A DNA stretch of 64,000 nucleotides. It comes from Planctomycetia bacterium (GTDB taxonomy: Bacteria; Planctomycetota; Planctomycetia; Pirellulales; UBA1268). Below are positions 29,109-39,368 of the stretch, piece after piece. The notes below the pieces were generated by a model that saw nothing but the letters and a program-made list of their open reading frames with translations, had not been told where the DNA came from and did not search any database. A program made the position numbers and the translations under genes. The stretch spans positions 4,982-68,981 of the forward strand of contig JAIOPD010000004.1 in the NCBI GenBank assembly GCA_021414115.1, given 5' to 3'. Each line of letters opens with the position of its first letter. The first letter of the stretch is position 1.

Positions 29109-30916
29109 GGATCGGTCATGGCCTTCTTGAACTGGTCGAGGTTACGGCGAATCGCGGGGTTGTGGGGTTCTTGCCGGACGGCGAGCAACTGCGTGCGGAT
29201 CGCTCCCCGCAGGTCGCCCGCGGCGGCACGGCAGTGCGACAGCGTATCGAGATAGCTCGCCGTGTCGAACGATTGCTCCAGCGACCGCTTCGAATAACGG
29301 GTGGCCTTGCGAACGTCGCCCTCCGTATTGGCGACGAGCCAGGCGTATTCGTTGTAGCCGTTGGCGTCGTCGGGCAGCGCCTGAATCTCCTCGTCGATCT
29401 GCTCGAGCGCACGGGCGACCCGCGCCTTGGCGTCGGCGCGTCTCTCCGCCGAGCCGGCCGAGAGACGGTAGCAGGCGATCAGCGAGTCGACGTCCTTGCC
29501 GTAGGCCCGCAACGATTCCTCGAGCATCCGGCGTTCCTCGACGGTGTCGCCGCTGACGGCCTGCGCGCGGGAACCGAAAAAGAGCATCCGCGACCGGACT
29601 GACCGCGGATCACGTTCGAGTCGCATCAGGATCTGGTCCATATCTTCCCCTTCGCGGCCGTCGAGCACGCGGCGGAGCATCGCGGCCGCCTCGGCATGGC
29701 GTTGCCGCTCGTGCAGAAACTCGGCGCAGAGGATGCCGGCGAGGGCGAACTCGCCCACCGAAGTCTCCGGCTGGTCGATGAGCGCCGCGTATTCCCGGAG
29801 CGACCAGTCGTCCGCCCCCCAGCGGGCCAGGAGCATCGCGGCCTGAAGCCGCCCGGTCGTGTCGGCCGCTTCGTCGCTGAACCGAGCATGGGCTCGGCCG
29901 GCGAGGGCCGCCGCCTTCGCCTCGTCGCCTCGGCGGCGCCAGGCCACGGCGGCGGCGTAGCCGACAAGCGGCTCGAAATCCGCGTCGTCCACAGCGAGTC
30001 GATCCGCCATCAGATCGACCGCCTCCGGGAGGTCGTGATCGGTAAGCCAGATGAGCTCGGCGGCAACGAGTTCCGGTTCGGAGGGTGATCCAGCACAGGC
30101 CGCGAACAGCCGGCCGGCCTCCGCTACGGCTTCGGTCCGTCTGCCCGCCGCGACGAGCATCTGCACCAGGCAGCGGCGAAAGATCCGCAGCGTCTTTGCC
30201 CGGCCGAGCGAGGCATCGGTCGGATCTTCCGCCGCGGGCATGTCGGCGGCGGCTTCGGACTCTGGCCGGTCGAGCGCCGCGACCGTGGCGACGGCCACAT
30301 CGATCGCCGGCACGGCCGCCGGGGGAGAGTTTGCGAGGGAGGCGTCGATGATGGCGCGGAGCAGCTGCGCGGGCGGCCGCCCGCTCGGGCCGAGACCGGC
30401 TGCGATCCGGTCGCGGAGGCCCGGCCAGGCAGAATCATCTGGCTGCCACTCCCGGGCCAGGAGTGCCGCGGCGATCCGCGAGCCCGTCTCGGTTCGCTCC
30501 AGCCGCACGATCCGGGCGAGCGGCTCGATGCCCGTGTCGTCGTCGAGCCGCAGCAGCCGGTGCATGATCTGCACGCGGTCGTCGAAGTCGCTGCGGGTGA
30601 AGCGGTCGAGGAGAGCGGCAACCTCGGGCGGATCGTCGGCCAACGTGAGAGGCAGCGACTCGACGAGCCAGCGCGCCCGCAGCGCCACCTCCAGGTCGGC
30701 GTTTGACTCGGCGGCCGCGAGGAGCGCGTCGGAGGCCTCGGCCCCGAGCGCCGCGAGCCTCGTGGAGGCCGTTTCACGGACGGCGAAGTCGGCGTCGCCG
30801 AGTTGCGTGATCAGTGCGGCAATCTCCGCATCGACGGGGACGGCGGCATTGGCGGTGAGGACCGTGGCGACCCCGGCCACCATCATCCAGAGCATTACCT
30901 TCGGAGTCGGCCGCAT
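29105..30916 (-). CDS. Secreted helical-repeat (HEAT/TPR-like) protein
   Basis: Signal peptide, LITQLG..DFAVRE.A..L HEAT-like start, and C-terminal YNEYAWL..YLDTL TPR-like repeats. Start estimated. Confidence 0.7.
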   Translation of the reverse strand: MRPTPKVMLWMMVAGVATVLTANAAVPVDAEIAALITQLGDADFAVRETASTRLAALGAEASDALLAAAESNADLEVALRARWLVESLPLTLADDPPEVAALLDRFTRSDFDDRVQIMHRLLRLDDDTGIEPLARIVRLERTETGSRIAAALLAREWQPDDSAWPGLRDRIAAGLGPSGRPPAQLLRAIIDASLANSPPAAVPAIDVAVATVAALDRPESEAAADMPAAEDPTDASLGRAKTLRIFRRCLVQMLVAAGRRTEAVAEAGRLFAACAGSPSEPELVAAELIWLTDHDLPEAVDLMADRLAVDDADFEPLVGYAAAVAWRRRGDEAKAAALAGRAHARFSDEAADTTGRLQAAMLLARWGADDWSLREYAALIDQPETSVGEFALAGILCAEFLHERQRHAEAAAMLRRVLDGREGEDMDQILMRLERDPRSVRSRMLFFGSRAQAVSGDTVEERRMLEESLRAYGKDVDSLIACYRLSAGSAERRADAKARVARALEQIDEEIQALPDDANGYNEYAWLVANTEGDVRKATRYSKRSLEQSFDTASYLDTLSHCRAAAGDLRGAIRTQLLAVRQEPHNPAIRRNLDQFKKAMTDP

Positions 30917-31006
30917 GCGGCAGCAATCCTTGGAATCGTCGGTCGGCACGGCCTTCGCCACGGCAAGCAAGCCTAAGCCCGCATCGAGGGCGGGGGCAAG
31001 CAATCG

Positions 31007-31585
31007 TCAGGTGGCGTCGGGTTCGATGCCGAGATCGCGGATCGTGACGAGCGACTCGAGCGGAATGCCGCGGGCGGCCAACGCCTCGTGGGCCCCGGCC
31101 AGCCGGTCGATGACGGCCACCAGTCGCTCCACGACGAGCCCAAACTCCTCGGCCCGATCGATGGCCAGAAGCGACGAACCGCCGGTCGTGACCACGTCTT
31201 CCACGATCACCACCCGCTGCCCGGGCTCGACGGGGCCCTCGATGTATTTCTGGAGGCCGTGTCCCTTGGCTTCCTTGCGGACCATGAACCCCTTGAGCGG
31301 CACCCCCTCGACGCCCGCCATGGTGACGACGGCCCCGGTGACGGGATCGGCACCGATCGACATGCCGCCGACGGCGTGGGGTAGCGGACCGAACGACCGG
31401 AGCCGTTCGAGAATCGCCCGCCCCACGAGCATGGCGCCCTGCGAATCGAGGACGACCTGTTTGGCGTCCAGATAGAAGCTCGCATCGCGGCCCGAGGCGA
31501 GCCGGAAGGTGCCCCGCTTCAAGGCTCGTGTGCCGACGAGATCGACGAGTTGCCGTGTGACCGGCGTGCTGGGAGTGGTGCTCAT
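31007..31585 (-). CDS. pyrE: Orotate phosphoribosyltransferase
   Basis: Motifs FRLASGR..FYLD, VRKEAKGHG and the PRPP-binding VIVEDVVTTGGS. Confidence 0.95.
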   Translation of the reverse strand: MSTTPSTPVTRQLVDLVGTRALKRGTFRLASGRDASFYLDAKQVVLDSQGAMLVGRAILERLRSFGPLPHAVGGMSIGADPVTGAVVTMAGVEGVPLKGFMVRKEAKGHGLQKYIEGPVEPGQRVVIVEDVVTTGGSSLLAIDRAEEFGLVVERLVAVIDRLAGAHEALAARGIPLESLVTIRDLGIEPDAT

Positions 31586-31676
31586 GGCGGGCAGTATAAG
31601 GCGGAGCGACCGTTTTTTTGACTCCTGCGGCAGGCGACTTAGAATTTGGCGTTCGTGTGCAAGCCGGAGTGAACTC

Positions 31677-33794
31677 ATGCGGCTCGGTTCCGCCTTCTGC
31701 CGGCTCTCGAGCCTCGTCGCCGCGTGGGCCGTCGTTCTGGCCGTGCCGCCGGCTGTCGCCGCTCCGACGGTCGTGATCCCCGTCCGCCTGCCGATCACCG
31801 GCACCCGCGACACGCAGGTTGAGGCCGCCGTCGTGCGTCACCTCGCGCGACTCCGCGGGGCAGCGGAGGAGCGAGGCACGCTGGTGCTGCAATTCGACGC
31901 GACCGACGGCGAGGTGGCCGGTGGGAGTGATTTCGGGCGGTCGCTCGAGCTGGCGCGGTTTCTCACCGACCCCCGGCTCGCCGGCGTGAAGACGGTGGCC
32001 TGGCTGCCCCACGGGGCCACCGGCCACGCCGTGCTCGTGGCGCTGGCCTGTGACGAGATCGCGATGCCCCCGGACGCGGTGCTCGGTCCGGCCAACGTGG
32101 CCGAGCCGGTGGTGGACAACGCCATGCGGGCGGCCTACGCGGAGGTGGCGTCGCGGCGGCGGACCGTGCCTCCGGCGGTGGCGCTGGCGCTTGTCGATCC
32201 AGCGGCTCGCGTGGCCCGCGTCTCGACCGACGACGGCGAGCAGTTCGTCGAGGAGCGGGATCTTGCCGATCTCCGAAAGAAAGTGGCGGTGCTCGCGGTG
32301 GAGGAGCTGCGGCCGGTTCCTGTTTCGTTCGACGGCCGACGCGGCCGCGAGTTTGGATTCGTGCGGCTCCTCGCCCGCACGCCGGCGGAACTCGCCCGTG
32401 GGCTCGGGGTGCCCGAGCAGGCCGTGGCCGCCGATCCGTCGCTCACCGGTGGCTGGAAGCCGGCGCGGGTGGCTCTCACCGGAGCGGTCACGCCCGAGGC
32501 GGTGGCACGGCTCCGGAGTCGGATCGAACGGGCGATCGCCGACGGAGCCAACTTCATCTGGTTGCGGATCGACAGCGCCGGCGGCTCACCCGAGCAGAGC
32601 CTCGTGCTCGCCAACTGGCTGGCAGGCCTCGACCCGGGTGGCGTGCGGACCGTGGCCTACGTGCCGCGGGAGGCGCGGGGCGACGCGGCCCTCGTTGCGG
32701 CGGCCTGTGATGAACTTGTGATGCACCCCGGTGGCGTGATCGGCGGTGAGGGGGCGGCCACGATCGGCGGCCGCAAGGCGGAGTCGGTGGTGGCGGCCTG
32801 GCGCGGCGGGGTCGCAAAGCTTCGCGACCGCGGCTGGTCGCTTCCCGCGGCGCTCGTGGCCCCCGGACTGGTGGTACGCCGCGCCGTCGAGCAGGGCACG
32901 GGCCGGGTCGAGTATTTCACCGAGGATGAACTCGCGTCGCGGGACGACCGCGAGAGCTGGGAGCTCGGCCCGCAGATCGGCACCGGGCCTTTGCAACTCG
33001 ACGGACGCCGCGCCGAGGAACTCGGGCTCGTGGCCCATGTCGTGGACGATGCCGAGGGCGTGCGCAAGGCCTACGGGCTCGACGGCGAGATTGCCGTGGC
33101 CGAGCCGGGCTGGTCCGACAAACTGCTCGAGGCGCTCGCGAGCCCGAGCCTCGCCTGGCTGCTGCTCCTGATCGGCGGTGCCGGGCTGTACATCGAACTC
33201 AAGACCCCGGGCGTCGGCTTCGGCGGGTTCGTGTCGATGGTGGCGTTCATCATTTACTTCTGGAGCCAGTATCTCAACGGCACGTCGGGCTGGCTCGAGG
33301 TGATGCTGTTCATCGCGGGCGTCGTGTGCGTGGCCGCCGAGATCTTCGTGCTGCCCGGCTTCGGCGTGCTCGGCCTTGGCGGCGGCCTGCTGGTGATCGC
33401 GTCGATCGTGCTCGCCAGCCAGTCGTTCGTGCTGCCGGCCAACGACTATCAGATCCGCCAGATGCAGTGGTCGCTCCTGGGCATCCTCGGTGCGGCTGGG
33501 GGAGTGACGCTGCTGGGTGTCTTCGTGGGCCGCTGGCTGCCGGCGACACCGTTTTTGAAAAACGTGCTGCTCGAACCGCCAGCCGAGGAAGTCGCCGGCG
33601 ACGATCCCTGCGGAGACCTGGTCGGCGCGGCGGGTACGACGACGACCCGGCTCGCCCCGGCCGGCAAGGCGCGGATTGGGAACGCCATTCGTGACGTCGT
33701 CAGCGACGGAATCTTGATCGAGCCCGGGATGGCCGTCGAGGTCGTCGAAGTCCGCAATGGGCGTGTCTGGGTGAGGCCGGTGGCATCCGCATGA
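31677..33794 (+). CDS. Long NfeD-family membrane protein (ClpP-like domains + TM region + C-terminal OB fold)
   Basis: RIDSAGG, ALVAAACDELVM, YIELKTPGVGFGG, AAEIFVLPGFGVLGLGG, and C-terminal G.TTTRLAPAGKARIG. Confidence 0.85.
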   Translation: MRLGSAFCRLSSLVAAWAVVLAVPPAVAAPTVVIPVRLPITGTRDTQVEAAVVRHLARLRGAAEERGTLVLQFDATDGEVAGGSDFGRSLELARFLTDPRLAGVKTVAWLPHGATGHAVLVALACDEIAMPPDAVLGPANVAEPVVDNAMRAAYAEVASRRRTVPPAVALALVDPAARVARVSTDDGEQFVEERDLADLRKKVAVLAVEELRPVPVSFDGRRGREFGFVRLLARTPAELARGLGVPEQAVAADPSLTGGWKPARVALTGAVTPEAVARLRSRIERAIADGANFIWLRIDSAGGSPEQSLVLANWLAGLDPGGVRTVAYVPREARGDAALVAAACDELVMHPGGVIGGEGAATIGGRKAESVVAAWRGGVAKLRDRGWSLPAALVAPGLVVRRAVEQGTGRVEYFTEDELASRDDRESWELGPQIGTGPLQLDGRRAEELGLVAHVVDDAEGVRKAYGLDGEIAVAEPGWSDKLLEALASPSLAWLLLLIGGAGLYIELKTPGVGFGGFVSMVAFIIYFWSQYLNGTSGWLEVMLFIAGVVCVAAEIFVLPGFGVLGLGGGLLVIASIVLASQSFVLPANDYQIRQMQWSLLGILGAAGGVTLLGVFVGRWLPATPFLKNVLLEPPAEEVAGDDPCGDLVGAAGTTTTRLAPAGKARIGNAIRDVVSDGILIEPGMAVEVVEVRNGRVWVRPVASA

Positions 33795-34471
33795 CCGCCG
33801 TCGTCTGGATCATCGCGCTTTTGGCCGTCGGCCTGGGCATGCTGGTGCTCGAGGTGTTCGTGCCCTCGGGAGGCGTGCTCGGGTTTCTGAGCGTCGTGGC
33901 GCTCGGTGCCGGCGTCGCGACAGCCTTCGTGGAGCAGGGGCCGTGGATCGGCACCCTCACGCTCGCGGCGACGTGTGTGGCGGCGCCGCTGGCGTTGGCA
34001 CTGGCGTTTCGGTTGTTTCCCCAGACGCCGCTTGGCCGCCGGGTGTTGCCGCCTCCGCCGCGGCCGGACGAGGTGGTGCCCGATGCCGATCGGCGGGCGC
34101 TCCTCCGCGACCTCGTGGGCCGGTCCGGCCGGGCCACGAGCGATCTGCTGCCGTGGGGCAGCATCGAGATCGACGGCATCGAGCACACCGCCTTCAGCGA
34201 GAGCGGGCCGATCACGCGGGGCGAGTCGATCGAGGCCGTGGGCGTGCAGGCGACGGCACTCGTTGTCCGTGCCCGGGTCGCGCCGCCCCCCATCGCTCCG
34301 CGGTCGGACGGCCCCCCGGCCGAGCCGACTCCCGGGCCGCAGGCGGTGCCGCGGCACCTGGAGGAGGCGCTCGAGGCCTTCGACTTCGACGCGCTTGGGC
34401 GGGTGACCGCGGCTGGAAACTCGACTCCGGCTGTAAAACTTGACTCGGCCGCCCCGCTGAAACAGTCTTAA
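33791..34471 (+). CDS. Short NfeD-family protein
   Basis: LVLEVFVPSGGVLG TM region and LVGRSGRATSDLLPWGSIEIDG OB-fold. Translationally coupled to the previous gene. Confidence 0.8.
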   Translation: MTAVVWIIALLAVGLGMLVLEVFVPSGGVLGFLSVVALGAGVATAFVEQGPWIGTLTLAATCVAAPLALALAFRLFPQTPLGRRVLPPPPRPDEVVPDADRRALLRDLVGRSGRATSDLLPWGSIEIDGIEHTAFSESGPITRGESIEAVGVQATALVVRARVAPPPIAPRSDGPPAEPTPGPQAVPRHLEEALEAFDFDALGRVTAAGNSTPAVKLDSAAPLKQS

Positions 34472-34516
34472 GCGATGCGGCGTCGCGCCGCGTTCCCCAC
34501 GTTTCGGAGCCGACCG

Positions 34517-35542
34517 ATGCCTCTCGTGACCCTGATCGTCCTCGGGGCGGGCGTGTTCGCCCTGCTCGTCATGTTCGCCGTTCTGGCCCGGTATCTCCGG
34601 CTCTGGGTGCAGTCGGTCGCATCGGGGGCTGGGATCGGCCTCTTCGACCTGGTGGCGATGAGCTTCAAGAAGGTGAATCCGGCCGTCATTGTGCGGAGCA
34701 AGATCATGGCCGTGCAGGCGGGGCTCGGCGATTCCACCGGCCTGACGTCGCAGGCCCTCGAGTCGCACTATCTCGCCGGCGGTCGCGTGCCCCTGGTGGT
34801 GCAGGCGCTGATCGCGGCCAACAAGGCGAAGATCACCGAACTCGACTTCAAGCGGGCCGCCGCCATCGATCTCGCCGGGCGGAACGTCCGCGAAGCCGTG
34901 CAGACGAGCGTCTATCCCAAGGTGATCGACTGCCCCGGCAAGAACAGCGGCCGCGAGTCGCTCGACGCCGTGGCCAAGAACGGGATCCAACTCAAGGTCA
35001 AGGCCCGGGTCACCGTGCGGACCAACCTCTACCAACTCATCGGCGGCGCCACCGAAGAGACGATCATCGCCCGCGTCGGCGAGGGCATCGTCTCGGCGAT
35101 CGGCTCTGCCGAGCGTCACAGCGACGTGCTCGAAAACCCCGACGTGATCTCGAAGACGGTGCTCGCCCGCCGGCTCGACGCCAACACGGCGTTCGAGATC
35201 GTGTCGATCGACATCGCCGACATCGACGTGGGGGCCAACATCGGCGCCCGCCTGCAGGCCGATCAGGCCGAGGCCGACACCCGCGTGGCCCGCGCGAATG
35301 CCGAGGGCCGCCGGGCGATGGCCGTGGCGAAAGAGCAGGAGATGATCGCGAGCATCGAGGAGAGCCGGGCCGGGCTCGTACAGGCCGAGGCGGAGGTGCC
35401 CAAGGCCGTCGCCGAATCGCTCAGCTCGGGCCAGCTCGGCATTTTTGACTACTACAAGCTGCGGAATCTGCAGGCCGACACCGACATGCGGCGGACGATC
35501 GCCGGCGGCACGGCGACGCCGTCGATCGCCACGGCGCAGTAG
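34517..35542 (+). CDS. floA: Flotillin-like protein FloA (YqfA/UPF0365)
   Basis: Motifs [71 protein letters not shown]. Follows nfeD genes. Confidence 0.92.
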   Translation: MPLVTLIVLGAGVFALLVMFAVLARYLRLWVQSVASGAGIGLFDLVAMSFKKVNPAVIVRSKIMAVQAGLGDSTGLTSQALESHYLAGGRVPLVVQALIAANKAKITELDFKRAAAIDLAGRNVREAVQTSVYPKVIDCPGKNSGRESLDAVAKNGIQLKVKARVTVRTNLYQLIGGATEETIIARVGEGIVSAIGSAERHSDVLENPDVISKTVLARRLDANTAFEIVSIDIADIDVGANIGARLQADQAEADTRVARANAEGRRAMAVAKEQEMIASIEESRAGLVQAEAEVPKAVAESLSSGQLGIFDYYKLRNLQADTDMRRTIAGGTATPSIATAQ

Positions 35543-35560
35543 AACGGAATCGAGGGAGCG

Positions 35561-36199
35561 ATGTTGGACGCCGTCGCCATGCCGCTGTTTGCCGCCGGGA
35601 TCGACTGGCTCGAGGGGCTTCTGCCCCTGTTGTTCGTCGTGTTCTGGATCGTCTCGCAGATCGTCGGCGTGATCCGCAGAGTGGCCGGAGCGGGAAGGCC
35701 GAAGCAGCCGGAGCCGCTGCGGCCGGTCCCAAGACCGCTCGCCGACGGCGGGCCTGCCGCGGCTGGTGGCCCGAGATCCGAACTGGAGCGGCAGGTCGAG
35801 GAGTTTCTCAAGCGCTCCGGGGGCGGTCCGCCTCCGCGGCCGCGGCAGACCAAGCCCACGCCGCCCCGGCCCGTCGAGCGGCCTCGTCAGCGCGAGGTGA
35901 TGGTGCGCCGCGACACTGCGCCGGTGCCGGCCGCCCGCGAGAAGCCGGTGGCTGAGCGGCATCTCCGCAGCATCGCCGCCGACGGCGATGTCGCCAAACA
36001 CGTGCACGATGCGTTCGACCAGAAGATGGCACACCTTGAATCGCCTCTCGCCGCAGGCGAACTCGACGCCGACGGCAGGCCGGTGCTGCAATCCCCCGCA
36101 TCACCGGTCGAACTGACGAAGCTGCTGCGAAACCCGCTGGCCCTCCGCCAGTTGATCCTGCTCCGCGAAGTGCTTGACCGTCCTGTCGAGCGCTGGTGA
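35561..36199 (+). CDS. Hypothetical single-TM protein in the floA operon (YqfB-like position)
   Basis: GAGGGAG RBS, N-terminal hydrophobic helix, Pro/Arg-rich linker and C-terminal LRQLILLREVLDRP motif. Confidence 0.7.
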   Translation: MLDAVAMPLFAAGIDWLEGLLPLLFVVFWIVSQIVGVIRRVAGAGRPKQPEPLRPVPRPLADGGPAAAGGPRSELERQVEEFLKRSGGGPPPRPRQTKPTPPRPVERPRQREVMVRRDTAPVPAAREKPVAERHLRSIAADGDVAKHVHDAFDQKMAHLESPLAAGELDADGRPVLQSPASPVELTKLLRNPLALRQLILLREVLDRPVERW

Positions 36200-36372
36200 C
36201 CGCCGCCGATCGGGTGCTGGCATCCGGATGCTGGCGCCGTTCGGGGCGGCCCGCAGAGCCGACGCAGATTTCCCGGGCCGCTGCGCCGGCCGCGAAATCC
36301 CCAGCGGGAGGGGTATTTGCGGGGCCTGGGAGCGGCTCTTTGCGAGCGGAAACGCGGGGTCGAATTCAAGGC

Positions 36373-36401
36373 TTGAGCGTCCGCCCCGGCTGGTCTACAA
36401 G
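36373..36401 (+). promoter_or_regulatory. Candidate sigma70 promoter
   Basis: TTGAGC-N17-TACAAG, about 100 bp upstream of the SH3-domain gene. Confidence 0.4.
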
Positions 36402-36435
36402 GGGGTCGGCAGGGCGGCTTCGGCGGCCCGAACGC

Positions 36436-36480
36436 AGCGCGTAGACGAGGACGCCCAAGCCTCGTCTACGCGCTTTTTTT
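36436..36480 (+). terminator. Rho-independent terminator
   Basis: 15-bp perfect stem AGCGCGTAGACGAGG/CCTCGTCTACGCGCT, 9-nt loop, followed by a run of T. Confidence 0.85.
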
Positions 36481-36512
36481 GGTGGAGCCGATGTCCACGG
36501 ATGGATGCGGCG

Positions 36513-37973
36513 ATGACGCTCTTCTTCATAGCGACACGAGATCTTCGGGCCGTCTGCTGCGCACTCGTGGCCGCATTGCTCATGGCATGGTTCATGGGCG
36601 GCGACGCAGTGCGGGCCGCCGAGCCGGTGCGCTCATCGGCGCTGCTGCCGGTCACCGTGCCGGTCGCAGCCGACCATGTCTATCTTCGCTGCGGTCCGGG
36701 AGACGACTTCTATCCGACCGAGCGGCTCGTCGCCGGCACCGAGGTCGAGGTCTGGTCGATCGACGCTTCCGGCTACTGTGCCGTACGGCCAGTGAAGGGA
36801 AGCTTCAGCTGGGTGCTCACCCGCGACGTGCAGGGCGACGCGCAGGCGGATACGAAGACGGGCATCGTCGTCACCGACGCAACCGTGGCGCGGGTCGGGT
36901 CGCAGCTCAACGACCTGCGGCATGTCACGCAGGTGGCGCTCGAGGCCGGCGAGCGGGTCACGATCATCGAGCGGGTACGGATTGCCGAGGGCCGGCACGC
37001 CGGCGACTGGCTGCGGATCGAGCCGCCCGCGGGGGAGTTTCGTTGGGCGTGGGGCGGCGATCTCGCGCTGCCGCCGGAGCTCGCACCGGCGGCGACAGCG
37101 ACCGACCCGCTGTCGGGCGGTGGCCTGGCCGCCGCCGGCGAGGCGATCGAGGCGATCCGTGATGCGGGGAATGCCGTGACCCAGGCCGTCGCTGAGTTCG
37201 ATGCGGAGCACGCAGCCGCTCCGCCCGAGGAGAAGCAGGGCGGGATGAGCCGGCTCTTGGCCGGCTGGCTGCCGCGGGGCACCAACGTCTTCGATCGCGC
37301 AGCGCCCGCGACACCGCCGCCCGCCGTGAGCGCCGGGGCCGCCGCGGCATCGGGGGACGCACTGGCCGACATCGATCTGGCGCTCTCGCTCGCGGTCACC
37401 GGTCCCAGCGAGACCTGGAACCTGGCGCCGCTGCGGGAACGGCTACGGTTGGCATCGACCCGCGCGACGGCACAGAGCGACCGCACGCGAGCCCAGGCGA
37501 TCGACGCGCGGCTCTCACGATTCGAGGCCATCCAGGGCCGCCAACAGAGCCTCGCGGCGAATCCCGCAGCCGACGCCGAACCGCTGCGGCTGGGAGGCAT
37601 GTGGTCGAGCCTCTCGTCGCTCGGGCCGCGGCCCGTGCGGCCCGGGGTGTTGCCCGGCGGCAGGCCGGCGGGTGGCCAGCCGACATGGACGCCCCCCGAT
37701 CAGATGGAGGCCAGCGGCCGGCTTGCCACCGTGATCTCGCGCCGGCCCGACGCGCCGCGTTGGGCAGTCGTCGACGAGAGCAACACCGTGCTCGCCTTCG
37801 TCACGCCGCAGCCCGGCGTGAACCTCGGACCGCTCGTTGGCCAGCAGGTGTCGGTCCGCGGCGCTCGCGGCTACATGCCGGAATACAAGCGTCCGTATCT
37901 CGTCGCATCCGAGGCACGGGTGCGGATCGCGTCGGTGCCCACGCCCACCGTCCGCCCGGACTCCACCCAGTAG
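36513..37973 (+). CDS. Secreted SH3b-domain protein
   Basis: Signal peptide, VYLRCGPG..FYPT.RL..GTEVEV (SH3b-like), a second SH3-like unit (ARVGS..WLRIEPPAGEFRW) and a C-terminal OB-like domain. Start at 36501 or 36513. Confidence 0.7.
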   Translation: MTLFFIATRDLRAVCCALVAALLMAWFMGGDAVRAAEPVRSSALLPVTVPVAADHVYLRCGPGDDFYPTERLVAGTEVEVWSIDASGYCAVRPVKGSFSWVLTRDVQGDAQADTKTGIVVTDATVARVGSQLNDLRHVTQVALEAGERVTIIERVRIAEGRHAGDWLRIEPPAGEFRWAWGGDLALPPELAPAATATDPLSGGGLAAAGEAIEAIRDAGNAVTQAVAEFDAEHAAAPPEEKQGGMSRLLAGWLPRGTNVFDRAAPATPPPAVSAGAAAASGDALADIDLALSLAVTGPSETWNLAPLRERLRLASTRATAQSDRTRAQAIDARLSRFEAIQGRQQSLAANPAADAEPLRLGGMWSSLSSLGPRPVRPGVLPGGRPAGGQPTWTPPDQMEASGRLATVISRRPDAPRWAVVDESNTVLAFVTPQPGVNLGPLVGQQVSVRGARGYMPEYKRPYLVASEARVRIASVPTPTVRPDSTQ

Positions 37974-38012
37974 TCCGAGCAGGCTCGCCGGGGGTGGCAT
38001 GCTGTCCTCGTC

Positions 38013-38174
38013 GGGAAGCCCCAAGCGCGACCGCGGGGTATTCGACCTCCACCCCAACCCGCTCCGCGTGAGTGCTTCGGGCGGCCACCCGTCTACCCGT
38101 CGCTCGCGCTCCGGGCTTCCCAAGCACCGGATGCCGCGGCTCTTCGCCGGGAAGCCCCAAGCGCAAGCGCGGGG
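38013..38174. repeat. REP-like triplet B2>-57 bp-<B1 .. B2>
   Basis: Units at 38013-38038, 38096-38121 (inverted) and 38149-38174, between convergent genes. Confidence 0.9.
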
Positions 38175-38193
38175 AATACGCGATCCCCACCCA

Positions 38194-39126
38194 TCAGCGT
38201 CGCTGCATGGCGTCGAGCTGGTCGGCGTTCATCCAGCGGGCGGCGAGTTCCGCCTGCACATCGTCTTCAGCGAGCCTCTTGGATTGGGCCGGGAACGATT
38301 CGATGTTTCTGCCCGACGCGAGCGCCACGAGCGTGCGGCGATCCTGGGGTTCCGTCCGTGTCATGCGGTCTGCCAGGCGGGCCACGGCCGCCGGATTGCG
38401 GGCGGCGGCGGCGGAGAACTGCGACACGAAGAGGCTGATCTCGTGCAGGTTGGTCGCTGCCGATCGGACGATCAGCGGCTGGAGCGTGCGGGTCACGATC
38501 TCGAGGCCGAGACCGTCGACGTCGAGAAACGCGTCGATCTGCACCGTCTGCCGCGGCCGGCCCGCGGCTGCCGCCGGATCGGCGGAGTGCCGCACCACGA
38601 CGAGACACGAGCCGGTGAGTTGCTTGGGCGCGAGCGGACCCTCGTACGCGCCCCGGCCATGAAACACATAGAGGCCACCCCGGCCATCCCGTTCATGGTG
38701 CAATAGGCGGACAGTGCCCACCGTACCGTAGCCGTCGGAGAGCCGCCATCGGCCGGGGCCGGCCGGATCGAGCGCGAGCAGGCTGATGCCCAGCACACGC
38801 CACACGTCGACGAGCGTTTCAGGCTTCGTGAGCACGAAGTCGAGCAGCGCGGCGTCGCACGCGATGCTCGCCTGGGGAAGGTGCCGGTAGAGCGTGGTCT
38901 GTCGGATCGCCTGATCGGCGATCTGTCGTTCGACGGGCGCCATGCGATCGAGAGGCACCGCCTCGGTCGCGCGGCTTCGCGCTTCCCGGCTCGACGAGCC
39001 CGCGTCGGCGACCGTGGCCGCGAAGCTCGCGGAGAAACCGGAGTCGCCAGCTGCACGGGCCGCGATCTGGAGCCCGGGCACGAGCACAAACCCGAGGAAA
39101 AAAAGCGCGTGAAGGCGCAGAGCCAT
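38194..39126 (-). CDS. Hypothetical exported protein
   Basis: Start MALRLHAL with a signal peptide. Globular composition, divergent from the MMPL gene. Confidence 0.7.
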   Translation of the reverse strand: MALRLHALFFLGFVLVPGLQIAARAAGDSGFSASFAATVADAGSSSREARSRATEAVPLDRMAPVERQIADQAIRQTTLYRHLPQASIACDAALLDFVLTKPETLVDVWRVLGISLLALDPAGPGRWRLSDGYGTVGTVRLLHHERDGRGGLYVFHGRGAYEGPLAPKQLTGSCLVVVRHSADPAAAAGRPRQTVQIDAFLDVDGLGLEIVTRTLQPLIVRSAATNLHEISLFVSQFSAAAARNPAAVARLADRMTRTEPQDRRTLVALASGRNIESFPAQSKRLAEDDVQAELAARWMNADQLDAMQRR

Positions 39127-39368
39127 AGTCGACGTCCCCCCTGTCTCGACCTCGCCGACACCCGCGTGCGGTGCCGCCTGCGAAAGGTATTCGGTCTGCG
39201 GCACCGTTCCGGGCCAGATATTTCCGCGGCGGTTCCGGAGGGTTTGCCCGGCTTGCCTGCCCTGCCCGAACGGTCGCGATCGGGTCTTGGCCTGCTGCCG
39301 CAGGTTTCCTACGATCCCGCCCCGGTCCGGCGTCGAGTCCGCCCGGTGGACCGCCAGGACGTTTGCAG

